A stretch of 64,000 nt of DNA from positions 67,401,741 through 67,465,740 of the forward strand of contig CM041465.1 of assembly GCA_023213395.1 (NCBI GenBank), given 5' to 3'. This document shows, piece after piece, positions 13,825 to 26,085 of this stretch (within the stretch, counting starts at the first letter, position 1; each line of letters starts with the position of its first letter). Under the pieces are notes generated by a model. The model was not told the origin of the DNA. It was given only the letters and a program-made list of their open reading frames with translations, and searched no databases. A program made the position numbers and the translations under genes. The DNA is from Cycas panzhihuaensis (taxonomy: Eukaryota; Plantae; Cycadophyta).

Positions 13825-16177
13825 TAGTTGTTTGGGAATCAGTCTAGGCTAAGTACCTCTTAATAACTTTATGTTTCTTCTATTTCTAATTAAATTCAAG
13901 AGATATATCAAGCTATAAGAACCCTAGAACCAACTTTGTCCAACATCTAAAAAGAAGTCTCCACTTTGTTATGTTGTATGGTTAGAAATGATGAAAAGCA
14001 AAAGGCTAGGATATGTGAATGACACTTGGTAAAGGAATATACTAGCTTACATAATCAAGTAGAGGAGATTTAAGTTCATAGTTATATTAGCAATGTTTTT
14101 GTTTTATTTTCTTATTTTTTATTATTTCTTCCCTTATATTTTCAACATCTTAGGTTTAATCAGATGAAGGAAAGGATAAAATAAAGAATAATTTGATCCC
14201 ACACTTGCAAAAAGCAATAAAAAAGACATATAAATCTAAGGAAAATTACTCTACAAATTAAACAAATAAATAAGAAATCATATCGACTCCATTTTTCTAA
14301 TTGAAATCTTATCAACAAATAAAAGAAACTAATTTAAAATCTTTAAACAAATTTCTATTTCAAATAAAAATATATAAGAAACAAACTTTTCAAAAGGAAA
14401 TCTTTCATACATACCCAAAAAATAAAGGTTGAAGTGGTATGAAGTTCCTAGACTTTTTCTTCTTGTATGTATAATCTTTGATGAATTTTATAGTTTTTCA
14501 AGCATAGAATAAATCTAAATAAAAGAAATGAACTATAAAATTTAATATGAAAACTATAAACTTAACATGTAACCTCAATGGCCACTTGAACAACCCATGA
14601 AAAATGACATATAATGTGTAGATTCACCATGCAAGAAATAACTTAGTTCATAGATCTCATTAAGAAGTTAGATTAGGAACATAGAAACATTTTACCATTG
14701 ATTCAACAACATATAACTATGAAATTATTGAATTGATTCTATTTCTTATAAAATAAAATAGTAAGCAAGAGGCATATAAAGTTTATTCCCTTTACTTTTT
14801 TCTAATTATGCATCTTTTAGATGAAGAAGTAGGAAAAAAGTAAATAATCAAGGAAAGTAAATCACATAATCACAGAATCCTCAATGTATGCAACCATATA
14901 TATGCCTCAGCATAGTAATCTTCCCCTTATTGACTAATATTTCACCAAATTTTCCTTTTAATATAAGCAAAAATAGGAGAAATTTGTGAAGAAATGACCA
15001 AAACTAACACCAAATTAAAAGAGATGAGACAAAGACCTCCTAGAAATCTTGACTGCTATGGAGAATGAAAGAGAGAAACTATGAAATATGATGAAGAGGT
15101 AGATTACTCTTCTCTATATCAAACCTCTATGAACACCATAAGGGCCTAATCCTTTAGCCAAGATTAATTCAAGGAAAATTAAGGAATAATAAGAACTATA
15201 CCCAAGATTAAGAAGACGACATAAAAGAGGCACAATATAATAAGCAACCATTTAAAAATAGTAAGAAAAAGTGATGAAAAAATATTACTAAATGTTTAGT
15301 AAGAGAGTTGGTGCTCAAATAAAGGCTTTGTAGAGGATAAACATCTCAGAAAATCTTAGAAAATAGAGTTAAACAATAGCACTAACTATATTTCCAAGTC
15401 TTTTTCTTCTTAATTCTCTCATTTTCCACTTCTCTTCTCTTTAAAGATGCAACCACAAAAATCATAATAATTCGCTCTCTAATCAATTCTCTAAGGTTTC
15501 ATGGGCTTTTAGGCAAGAAAGAAGAAGTTACCATGAAATCTAGGCAAGAGCATGTGAAAAATAGAGAAAAATAGCATATTTGACTAAAAAATTAGCATAT
15601 ATATAACAATAAAAAAATATAATTTTCTACATAAAATACGATTGATTATGTTTTATGTAGAACAAAGAATATGACTTTTTATATAAAACACGATCAGTCA
15701 AATTTTGGGCAATATTGAAAAAGTAATGGTAAAAACTAAAAATATTAATAAATAAAGTTTAAAAACTTGGAGTATTGCCAAAAATTGAAGTGAAATAACC
15801 TTATCAAAGACAAAGAGTAACCCATAAAAAGTGATAAATTAAGCACAAGCCAGAAAATATTGAAAATTAATAGCCATAATATAAGAACAAGAGGATAAGA
15901 TAGAAACAAGGAGTACTTTAAAAGTAAAATGAGAATTAGAATGGCTTAGAGAAAGATTTTGATGCTAATGGTTTTATTCATCGACATATGGAAGACATAA
16001 TAATATATTCATCATCATCTAAAATATCATCATCAATATTTGCATTTCCATTAACCAAAATCATATCAAATTTAATTAAAAGCATAATATGATATTACAA
16101 ACACTAAATATAATCTCATTTAATAAGTAAATACACCAATAATCAATTAAATCAATCAGCTAAATTTTTGTGAAACA
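13825..16177 (-). repeat. T1 3' LTR
   Basis: Colinear with 33451-35536 + 39485-39783, roughly 80% identical by eye. Confidence 0.85.
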
Positions 16178-16994
16178 TTTTCCCCCTTAACACCTAAAGC
16201 TCTTACTTTGAGATAGAAATAAGATGGTGAGAGGTAGCAACATTTTATAAGTTCAAGCCTCTCAAAGTTTATAGAAAAAGGAAATGAGTGATGATTGTAT
16301 AAATGATGGAAATGCAAAAGGGAATACAAATAAGCTAAAAACTATCCAATTAAAGTTAAGAATAAACCTTAACTTTACTACAACACTAGGTGAAGAGAGC
16401 CATGAAAATGCCTCTCAAATAGATAAGCCTTAAAAGATAAACTACTACAAAGATGTTGATAACCAGGATGGGGCTTAAAACTTTCTTAAATGATGGTACT
16501 ACTCAAGATGCCCATAAACTACATGGGGCTTAAGAACCAAGTGTTCAAAATTTTACCTTGTTAACCATACTTTAGATGTAAGGATCTTTTTTCTAAAGCA
16601 TAAACAATAAATTGTCATAGTTTACAAGCTCATTAATAGGTAACTTTTTTAGCTTGATTATTATAGTTTAGTCTCATCAATAATCAAGTTTTACAATGTA
16701 ATATTATCATAGTTTAAGCTTTATAATATTATCATTAAAACCTATGTAAGTTACTGCATTTGAAGAAGAATATCCATCACCAAAAAGGCTTATTATGAAA
16801 TAAAATACCTTAATTGATGGAAAAGATACCAAGATTCTAAGTTTAGGGAAGTTAATTTAAAAAATGATAACTAAGGATGAGTCATATTAACTTTAATAGA
16901 TAAAATGAATTTAGGAAAAAAAAATTACCAAAAAGCTAAAGAGAGAGCCCCTTGTTATAAGGTAATAGGAGAATTTTGATTTTATTTTTACAGT

Positions 16995-17830
16995 TAAGAG
17001 TTGGCAATTAGTGGTCTAGAGGGCTACGTAATAATAGTTGGAGGTGATAGAGAGACCATTTAAGAGTGGGATATAAAGAATGGTAAGGAGGACTAGAAGA
17101 TGGAAGCAAAAAAGGTAGAAGAGCCTACTTAAGAGGCTCTTCACGAGGCTTAAGGAGAGGTGATATTACAACCAGTGAAGGAGATGGTGGTGAAGCCATC
17201 AGGAGGAGTCTAACTAAGAGGAGGAGAGCCACAACCAATAGGTACATTAATTATTTTAATTTTATGTTTTAGATATATCTGTCTTTTTGTTATTTATTCT
17301 CTTATTTAATTAGGGACTGATCATGATCATATATAATTTACATTAACAGGTAAGGGATCTTGGCCCTATCTAAGATATGAAGACTACTAGACTTAATATT
17401 CCTATATGCATCGATTGTGGAAGAGCTTCCAACATAGAATATGATTAATCAAACTTTATAGGATGACCATATCAAGTATTTTAATCTATCACTATGAGCT
17501 CAAGATATATGTTAAGATGTGAAGGTAGAGCTAAGGCTCTAGGAGACTGAGCTCAAAGCAGTCAAGGATGAGATATGTTATATTCAGAGGATGACCCTCA
17601 TGAAGATAGGGGAACAGGTCACTCCATCTAGAAGTATGATAGTTTAATAGAGGAGGCAATTTCTAGCTAGGACAAAGGCAAAGAAACAAGCATATTCCAA
17701 GCTGAGATAAGAGAGTATAGCCAGATAGGGGATAGGGGAGATCTCTCCAAGGATCATAGAGATGAAGATATCTTGTATAAAGAGGAGATACAAAATAGAT
17801 AGAAGTCATCATAGCCTCTAATGATGTACT
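16995..17830 (+). pseudogene. Degenerate antisense accessory ORF of T1 (charged/coiled-coil-like) with a putative intron at 17242-17349
   Basis: Purine-rich, coding-like blocks (copy-1/copy-2 consensus VELRLWKTELKAVEDEICYIQRM) flank an AT-rich GT...CAG segment; the same structure recurs at ~23110-23950. Confidence 0.45.
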
Positions 17831-19245
17831 ATGAGCCACATGATGGCAAATGCACTTTATGATGACTATGTATTTATGTATCTAAATATATTGATCATTC
17901 CAATTATCATTTATGTAATTATGTGGATGAAACATTAACTCTCTATCCATCCCCTCCTTTTATTCCTTCTTTATATTATGTATAATATATACTCATTTGT
18001 GTGATTGATTCTGAAATCATATATAAAAGAGAAAGGACCTTCTTTTTATATTTTATCATTATTTTTTTTTTATTAGTATGTACATGATAGTTTGTACTCA
18101 TTTCAGAGTGAAATAGGTTTTTCAAAAAAGACAAATATAAGGCATAATGAAAGAAAGATAAACAAATTAAATCATAGGAGGGAGTAGATAAAAAAGATTT
18201 ATGAATTTCATTTTTATAAACTTAAAATTATTTGAAACTCAAATGATAATAAGTTTATAGGAGCAAAAAATGAAACAATAGAAACCCTCAATAGAAGAAG
18301 GAGTTATATCATTCACATCATACTCAAGATAGATTATATAAATACAGATTGAAATCCATATCTATATAATATATCTAGAGAAAAATATGTCATTTATAAA
18401 ATGAAAGGTAAGTTTTACTTGATAAAAACCTAGTTTTTTTAGTACATAGAATTTCTCATTAGCTCCTTCTAGGGGCAAAAGGCTTTGAAGGACTTGCCTC
18501 CTACCAAGATCCTTCTTAACCCATGATTCCTACGTGGGTCTATATTTTCTAACACTTCATCTTTTATTAAACTTATCAATTTAGACTCAACGAAACTCAT
18601 ACTTCTACCTTCTAAATCCATAGTTAATACTCTTTACAGAATGATAGTTTATACTTATTCTAGAGTGGTAGTTTATATACATTCTAAAGTAGGGTGTCCT
18701 CAACATAGGATGAAATCTATTGAAGGTAGTTATCTAGGATAAAAGTAAAACAGGTTAATGTCACCAGGTCATTATATTAGCTGATTATTCCTAAAAAGGG
18801 ACTTAAGTGAACATTAAATTATATCACTTAATCGAAATACACTTTCATATGCATTATGTACAATTTCATTTCACCTAACTCTAATGCTCCCCCTCTCAAT
18901 ATAAAAGTAAATGCTTAATGGAGGAGGCTCATTCTTACCTCCCTATTTTGTCAGAGCTACTCTTTTTCTCTCAAGTCTCTCTTGCTTCCATGTTTGCCTT
19001 TGTGTTTAATGCATGGAGATGAACGATAGATCCACTATTTCATATGGTATCAGAGTAGCCAAGGCTCAAAACTAGTCTTCTATACCATGGTAGCACACCC
19101 AAATATACATGAAGGCAGAGGTGTGGCTATCTATGAATGTTATGGTAGACATGCATGCCATGTAGGTATAACCAGCTCCTAATGACAGGGAGTGTTGGAG
19201 CACGTGACAATAACTATCCCAAGGAAGTCCTCTTCCCAAATCACC

Positions 19246-19660
19246 TTAAGGCATTTGGTGTAATAGTAATCGGTGATAAAATGAAACTATAGTATTAGCT
19301 TTCGTATTAAAATATCATGAAGTATACTCAAGAATAACTAAAAATAACAAAGATATCAATGATAAAACTTGATGGTAAAGAGTAAGGAGCCATGGGGAAT
19401 GGACCTCGTAAGTACTAACCAACTAATAAATAATAACTTAATAATCAGAGTAGATGATAATAGGACCATCATAAAACTAGGAAATACCTAACAAGGCTCT
19501 TATAATAGCAGAATACCCAACTTCATTATTGGTGGATCTAAGTAAAAATAGACCTACAGATGAGAGAAGGTCTTTTTATTACCCATATATCACCCATGTA
19601 ATAATAGATGGTCTTAGGTTGCCTCTATTACCTTCATCAGTGAGCATACTCAATGCCATA
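19246..19660 (-). pseudogene. Archaeal-type RNase HI (aRH) domain of T1, copy 1
   Basis: Minus-strand translation MLTDEGNRGNLRPS..WVIYG..LSSVGLFLLRSTNNEVGYSAIIRAL...IIIYSDY*VIIY*LVSTYEVHSPWLLTLY...FNTKANTIV matches aRH motifs DGAxRGNPG / TNNxAEY / YSDSxLVxxQ / NxxADxLA. Confidence 0.8.
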
Positions 19661-19967
19661 GGTAAGATAAGAGCTAAATTTAAAGATAAAGTCATAAATG
19701 AAGCGCAACTACAAAAAATAAATAATGAAGAGTTGGTGTAGAATGATACAAAGATTGTTGTAACTGTAAGGAGTAAATAATAATATCATAACTAGGATAA
19801 CAACTAATGGTTAAAAGATACCAAATAAGGTTTGATCACAATTAAGGCTATGGTAGACCTAAGCATTTAGATCTGAACATCTTGAGTGTCTAACCCAAAT
19901 AAGAGCAACCTATAATTAATATAGTTAGGGTTGAATCCATCACATGACTTTCCCTAGATAATAGGAG

Positions 19968-21684
19968 TATAGCTAGTGGTCTTGTGTCTTTCGATCCCAG
20001 CTTCTCTGCAATAGTTCTCAGACTCCAAGGAGTTGAATTCACCTCCATTGTCAGTTCTTAAACATTTGATTTTCTTACCAAGACTATTTTTAACTAAAGT
20101 CTTGAACTGCTTAAACACACTAAAAACTTTAGATTTCCTTTTCAAAAAATCATCCCATATCTTCCTAGAGTAATCATCTATAAATGTGACAAAACATAAT
20201 GATCCTCCATAAGATATTTTATGGGTTGGTCCCCATACATCTAAATGTATGTAATCCAAAATACCTTTACTAGTGTGACTTCCTACTTTAAACCTGAGTG
20301 TACACTGTTTTCCAAAAACACAATGTTTATAGAAAGCCAAGTCTTAAAGATGCAAGTTAGGAAGCAACTTACTGTTTATCAGCACCTTAAGTCCTTTGTC
20401 ACTCATGTGCCCAAGTCTCTGATGCCATAACTGAGCAGGATCTTCTGTAGTCTTTAATGTTGTAGCTGCTTGGCTGACATCTGTACTTCCCACTAATATG
20501 TAAAGATTTCTTTTCTTTAAGGCTTTCATAACAACCAAAGCACCCTTTGACACCTTTAGGACTCCTTCATGACCTGTATACTTAAAACCACCCGAATCTA
20601 ATTCACCTAAAGAAATTAGATTCTTTTTCAAATCAGGTACATGTCTAACCTCAGTTAATGTTCTGACTACCCCATCAAACATCTTAATTCTGATGCTACC
20701 AATGCCTACTATCTTATAAGAAACTTCATTTCCCATAAGTACATCACCACCATCAAGAGGTTGGTATGATGAGAACCAACTCTTGTATGGACACATTTGG
20801 TGCGGAGCACTTGAATCTAATAACCAGTCATGGTGATAATGGGAAACATTACAAGTGACCAAGACATCATCATCCATACCTTGATTTTACTCCACCTGAT
20901 TTGTCTCCTTGAAAGGATCTTCCTTTTTCTGGAACTCTTTCCTTTTGTAACAATCCTTCTTGAGGTGACCGGTCTTATTACAATGCCAATACCTGAGCTT
21001 ACTCTTTTTTCTCTTTGACTTGGACCTCAATGTATCCCTAGAGTTTTGTCCTCTCTCAAACATTTTATCCCTTACTGTCATGGCTTTTGGTGTGGAGGTT
21101 TCAAGACTAGACTTCCTTTGTACTTCTTCCATTAGCAAAGCACTCATAACATAATCATATTCCAATTCATCTATAGTACTAAAACTAATTGAGGTGATAA
21201 TATTATCCCAGGATTCAGGTAATGAGCATAACATGGTAACAGCCTTGTCCTCGTCCTCAATTTTAATATCGATACTAGTCAATTGACAAATAAGAGTATT
21301 AAAAATATTTAAATGGTTAGCAATTTTTGTACCTTCCTTCATTCGTAACGAGTACATTTGCCTCTTCAGGTAGATTTGATTCATTACTGATTAGGTCATA
21401 TACAAGCCTTCCAACCGGGTCCATAATCCTACTATTGTCTGCTCCCCTGCGATGTTAAACAAAATTTCATCCACTAAGCACAATCGTATTATGCTAAGTA
21501 CCTTTTTGTCTAAATCATCTTATTCATCATCATCCATCCCTACGGGTTTCTTTGATTTCCCTATAAGGGCTTTGTACAAACCCTGTTGTACAAGAATATC
21601 ATATGCTTTTAGCTTCCATAACTCGAAGTTATTCTTGCCATTGAATTTCTCCACCTCGAACTTTGCACTTGCTAGTTTTGCCAT
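19968..21684 (-). pseudogene. Copia gag-pol fragment (gag, Zn knuckle, PR, INT N-half)
   Basis: MAKLASAKFEVEKFNGKNNFELWKLK; WHCNKTGHLKKDC; WLLDSSAPHQM; WHQRLGHMS; IHLDVWGP; FIDDYSRK; LRTDNGGEF; breaks at SYTP; in-frame stops. Confidence 0.93.
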
Positions 21685-21755
21685 TTGGTGTAGAAAAGTC
21701 GACACCAAAACCTTCACAAACTCGCTATAAGAAAAATAGTGGCTCTGATACCACT

Positions 21756-22369
21756 TGTTGAGAATACAAGGTCCTAACCCTTAAACCGCCTCCAAAATCT
21801 ATTGCATTCTTACAACTAGTTACAGAAATTGAAACTTAAAATTACATGCAAGTTCTAAATCAAAGATTATACAATAACATAAAAATGAAAGCCAAACATC
21901 ACATGTGCACCCGATATAACATGGTAAAACCCTAGCAGTGTGCTAGGGAAACATCCACATAGGAAAGGTATCGATCTTTATCAGAGAATGGAGAAACAAG
22001 ACATCTCAAGAGTGAGTGCTCTCGTGAACAACAACTAGTCCGCCTCATCACCATACATTGCATTACATTACAACATAATAAGAAAAGCCCTAAAATGGGC
22101 TACATGAGAGGAACATCCAAGACCTAAATCTCAACCATAGAATCTAGGGTATTCGTATCGAATGACCCAGATTCTCTTTACATTTTGATAAGGTTTACAT
22201 GGCTAATTTTTGAGCCTGGGCTATCGCCTCAACCCTCCTACGGGCGCCCACCCCACCGCATCCCCTGGCCAAGGGCAGCTCCCACCCCCCTTAGAACCCC
22301 CCGAGAAAGATTAGGGGGGGAAACCATGCCAAAATATTAGCCCCATAATTATTGTCACAATATCCAACA
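21756..22369 (-). repeat. Tork-like Copia 5' LTR (614 bp)
   Basis: tgttg...caaca termini; PBS 2 nt from the LTR edge. Confidence 0.88.
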
Positions 22370-25300
22370 TTTATAAGTTCAAGTCTCTCAACATTTACAG
22401 AAAACAGAAATGAGTGATGATTGTATAAATGATAGAAATGCAAAATGGAATACAAATAAGCTAAAAACTATCCAAATTAAGTTAATAATAAACCTTAACT
22501 TTATTGCAACATTGGTCGAAGAGAGCCATGAAAATGCCTCTCAAATAAATAAGCCTTAAAAGATAAACTACTACAAATATGTTGATAACTAGGATGGGGC
22601 TTAAAACTTTCTTAAATGATGGTACTACTGGAGATGCCTATAAACTATATGGGGCTTAAGAACCAAGTGTTCAAAATTTTACCTCGTTAATCATACTTTA
22701 GATATAAGGTTCTTTTTGCCAAAGCATAAACGATAAATTGTCATAGTTTACAAGCTCATTAATAGGTGACTTTTTTTAGCTTGATTATTATAGTTTAGGC
22801 TCATCAATAATCAAGTTTTATTATCATAGTTTAAGCTTTGTAATATTATCATTAAAACCTATGTAAGTTACTGCATTTGAAGAAGAATATCCATCACCAA
22901 AAAGGCTTATTATCAAATAAAATACCTTAATTGATGGAAAAGATACCAACATTCTAAGTTTAGGGAAGTTAATTTAAAAAATGATAATTAAGGATGAGTC
23001 ATATTAACTTCAATAGATAAAATGAATTTAGGAAAAAAAAAATTGCCAAAAAGCTAAAGAGAGAGCCCCTTTTTATAAGGTAATAGGAGAATTTTGATTT
23101 TATTTTTACAAGTAAGAGTTGGCAATTAGTGATCTAGAGGGCTCCTTAATGATAGTTGGAGGTCATAGAGAGACCATTTAAGAGTGGGATACAAAGAATG
23201 GTAAGGAGGAGTAGGAGATGGAAGCAAAAGAGGTAGAAGAGCCTCCTCAAGAGGCTCTTCAGGAGGGTTAAGGAGAGGTGATATTACAACTAGTGAAGGA
23301 GATGTGGTGAAGCCATCATGAGGAGTCTAGCCAAGAGGAGGAGAACCACAACCAATAGGTACATTACTTATTTTGATTTTATATTTTAGTTATATCTCTC
23401 TTTTTATTATTTATTCTCTTATTTAATTAGAGACTGATCATGATCATATATAATTTACATTAATAGGTAAGGGGATCTTGGACCTATCTAAGATATGAAG
23501 ACTATTAGACTTAATATTCCTATATGCATTGATTGTGGAAGAGCTTCCAACATAGAATATGATTAATAAAACTTTGCAAGGTGACCATATCAAGTATTTT
23601 AATCTATAACTATGAGCTCAGGATATATGTTAGGATATGAAGGTGGAGCTAAGGCTCTGGAAGACTGAGCTTAAAGCAGTGGAGGATGAGATATGTTATA
23701 TTCAAAGGATGACCCTCATGCAGATAGGGGGACAAGTCACTCCATCTAGAAGTATGATAATTCAATAGAGGAGGCAGTTTCTAGCTAGGACATAGTCAAA
23801 GAAACAAGCATATTCCAAGCTGAGATAAGAGAATATAGCCAGATAGGGGACAGGGGAGATCTCTCCAAGGATCATAGAGATGAGGATATCTTGTATAAAG
23901 AGGAGATACAAAAGAGATAGAAGTCATCATAGCCTCTAATGATGTACTATGATCCATATGATGGCAAATGCATTTTATGATGACTATGTATTTATGTATC
24001 TAAATATATTGATCATTCTAATTTTCATTTAGGTAATTATGTGGATGAGACATTAACTCTTTATCCATCCCCTCCTTTTATCCCTTCTTTATATTATGCA
24101 TAATATATACTCATTTTTGTGATTGACTCTGAAATCATATAAAAAAGAGAAAGGACCTTCTTTTTTATATTTTATCATTATTTTATTTTTACTAGTATAT
24201 ACAGGATAGTTTGTCCTCATTTCAGAGTAAAATAGGTTTTTCAAAAAAGACAAATATAAGGCATAATGAAGGAAAGATAAAAAAATTAAATCATAGGAGG
24301 GAGTAGATAAAAAAGATTTATGAAATTCATTCTTACAAACTTAAAATTATTTGAAACTCAAACGATAATAAGTTTATAGGAGCAAAAAATGAAACAATAG
24401 AAACCCTCTATAGAAGAAGGATTTATATCATTCACGTCATACTCAAGATAGATTATATAAACACAGATTAAAATCCATATCTATATAATATATCTAGTGA
24501 AAAAGATGTCGTTTATAAAATAAAAGGTAAGTTTCACTTGATAAAAAACTAGTTTTTTGAGTATATAGAATTTCTCATTAGCTCCTTCTAGGGAAAAAGG
24601 CTTTGAAGGACTTGCCTCCTACCAAAATCCTTCTTGACCCATGATTCCCACGTGGGTCTATCTTTCCTAACACTTCATCTTATATTAAACATATCAATTT
24701 AGACTCAACAAAACTCATACTTCTACCTTCTAAATCTATAGTTTATACTCTTTATGGAATGATAGTTTATACTTATTCTAGAGTGGTACTTTATACACAT
24801 TCTAAAGTAGGGTGTCCTCAACATAGGATGAAATCTATCAAAGTTGTTATCTAGGATAAAAGTAAAATAGGTTAATATCACCAGGTCATTACATTAGTTG
24901 ATTACTCCTAAAAAGGGCCTTAAGTGAACATTAAATTAGATCACTTAATTGAAATGCACTTTCATATGCATTATATGCAATTTCAATTCACCTAACTCTA
25001 ATGCTCCCCCTCTCAATATAAAAGTAAAAGCTTAATGGAGGAGTCTTATTCTTCCCTCCCCATTTTATTAAAGCTACTCTTTTTCTCTCAAGTCTCTCTT
25101 GCTCCCATGTTTGCCTTTGTATTTAGTGCATGGAGATGAACGATAGATCCACTCTTTTCATATGGTATCAGAGTAGCCAAGCCTCAAAACTGGTCTTTTA
25201 TACCATGGTAGCACACCCAAACATACATGAAGGTAGAGGTGTAGCTACCGAGGAATGTCATGGTAGACATGCATGCCATTTAGGTAAAACTAACTCCTAG

Positions 25301-26085
25301 TGATGGGGAGTGTTAGAGCACAAGCAATAACTATCCCGAGGAAGTCCTCTTCCCAAATCACCTTAGGGCTTTTGGTGTAATGGTAACCCATGATAAAAAA
25401 AAAACTATAGTGTTAGCTTTCGTATTAAAATATCATGAAATATACTTAATAATAACTAAAAATAACAAATATATGAATGATAAAACTTGATGGTAAAGAG
25501 TAAGGAGCCATGGGGAATGGACCTCGTAAGTATTAACCAACTGATAAATAACAACTTAATAATCAGAGTAGATGATAATAGGACCATCGTAAAACTAGGA
25601 AATACCTAACAAGGCTCTTACAATAGCAGAATACGCAACTTCATTATTGGTGGATCTAAGTAAAAATAGACCTACAGATGAGAGAAGGTTTTTTTATTAC
25701 CCATATATAACCCATGTAATAATAGATGGTCTTAGGTTGCCTCTATTACCTTCATCAGTGAGCATACTCAATGCCATAGGTAAGATAAGAGCTAAATTTA
25801 GAGATAGAGTCATCAATGAAGGGCAACTACAAAAATTAAATAATGAAGAGTTGGTGTAGAATGATACAAGAACGGTTGTAATTGTAAGGAGTAAATGATA
25901 ATATCATAACTAGGATAACAACTAATGGTTAAAAGATACCAAATAGGATTTGATCACAATTAAGGCTATGGTGGACCTAAGCATTTAGATCTGAACATCC
26001 TAAGTGACCAACCCAAATAAGAGCAACCTATAATTAATATAGTTAGGATTGAATCCAACACATGAATTTCCCTAGATAATAGGAG
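22370..26085. repeat. 3.7-kb direct duplication, copy 2
   Basis: Colinear with 16244-19967. Confidence 0.95.
25364..25778 (-). pseudogene. Archaeal-type RNase HI (aRH) domain of T1, copy 2
   Basis: Same motifs as copy 1 (STNNEVAYSAIVRAL). Confidence 0.8.

Larger units (their letters stand above)
16244..19967. repeat. 3.7-kb direct duplication, copy 1 (T1 3' internal region)
   Basis: Colinear with 22370-26085, about 90% or more identical by eye. Confidence 0.95.
19968..22369 (-). mobile_element. 5' half of a Ty1/Copia element (Tnt1/Tork-like), truncated in integrase
   Basis: LTR 21756-22369 (TG...CA); PBS gctctgatacca at 21742-21753; gag, PR, GAG-pre-integrase and partial INT follow; no RT or 3' LTR. 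Confidence 0.92.

Noticed and set aside
19580-19605. YMGDIWV resembling an RT YMDD motif on the minus strand
   Set aside because: It is an alternative frame of the aRH region, surrounded by stops, with no other RT motifs.
19529-19741. 70-aa plus-strand ORF conserved in both duplicates (also 25647-25859)
   Set aside because: It is the antisense shadow of the minus-strand aRH, and its conservation follows from the duplication.
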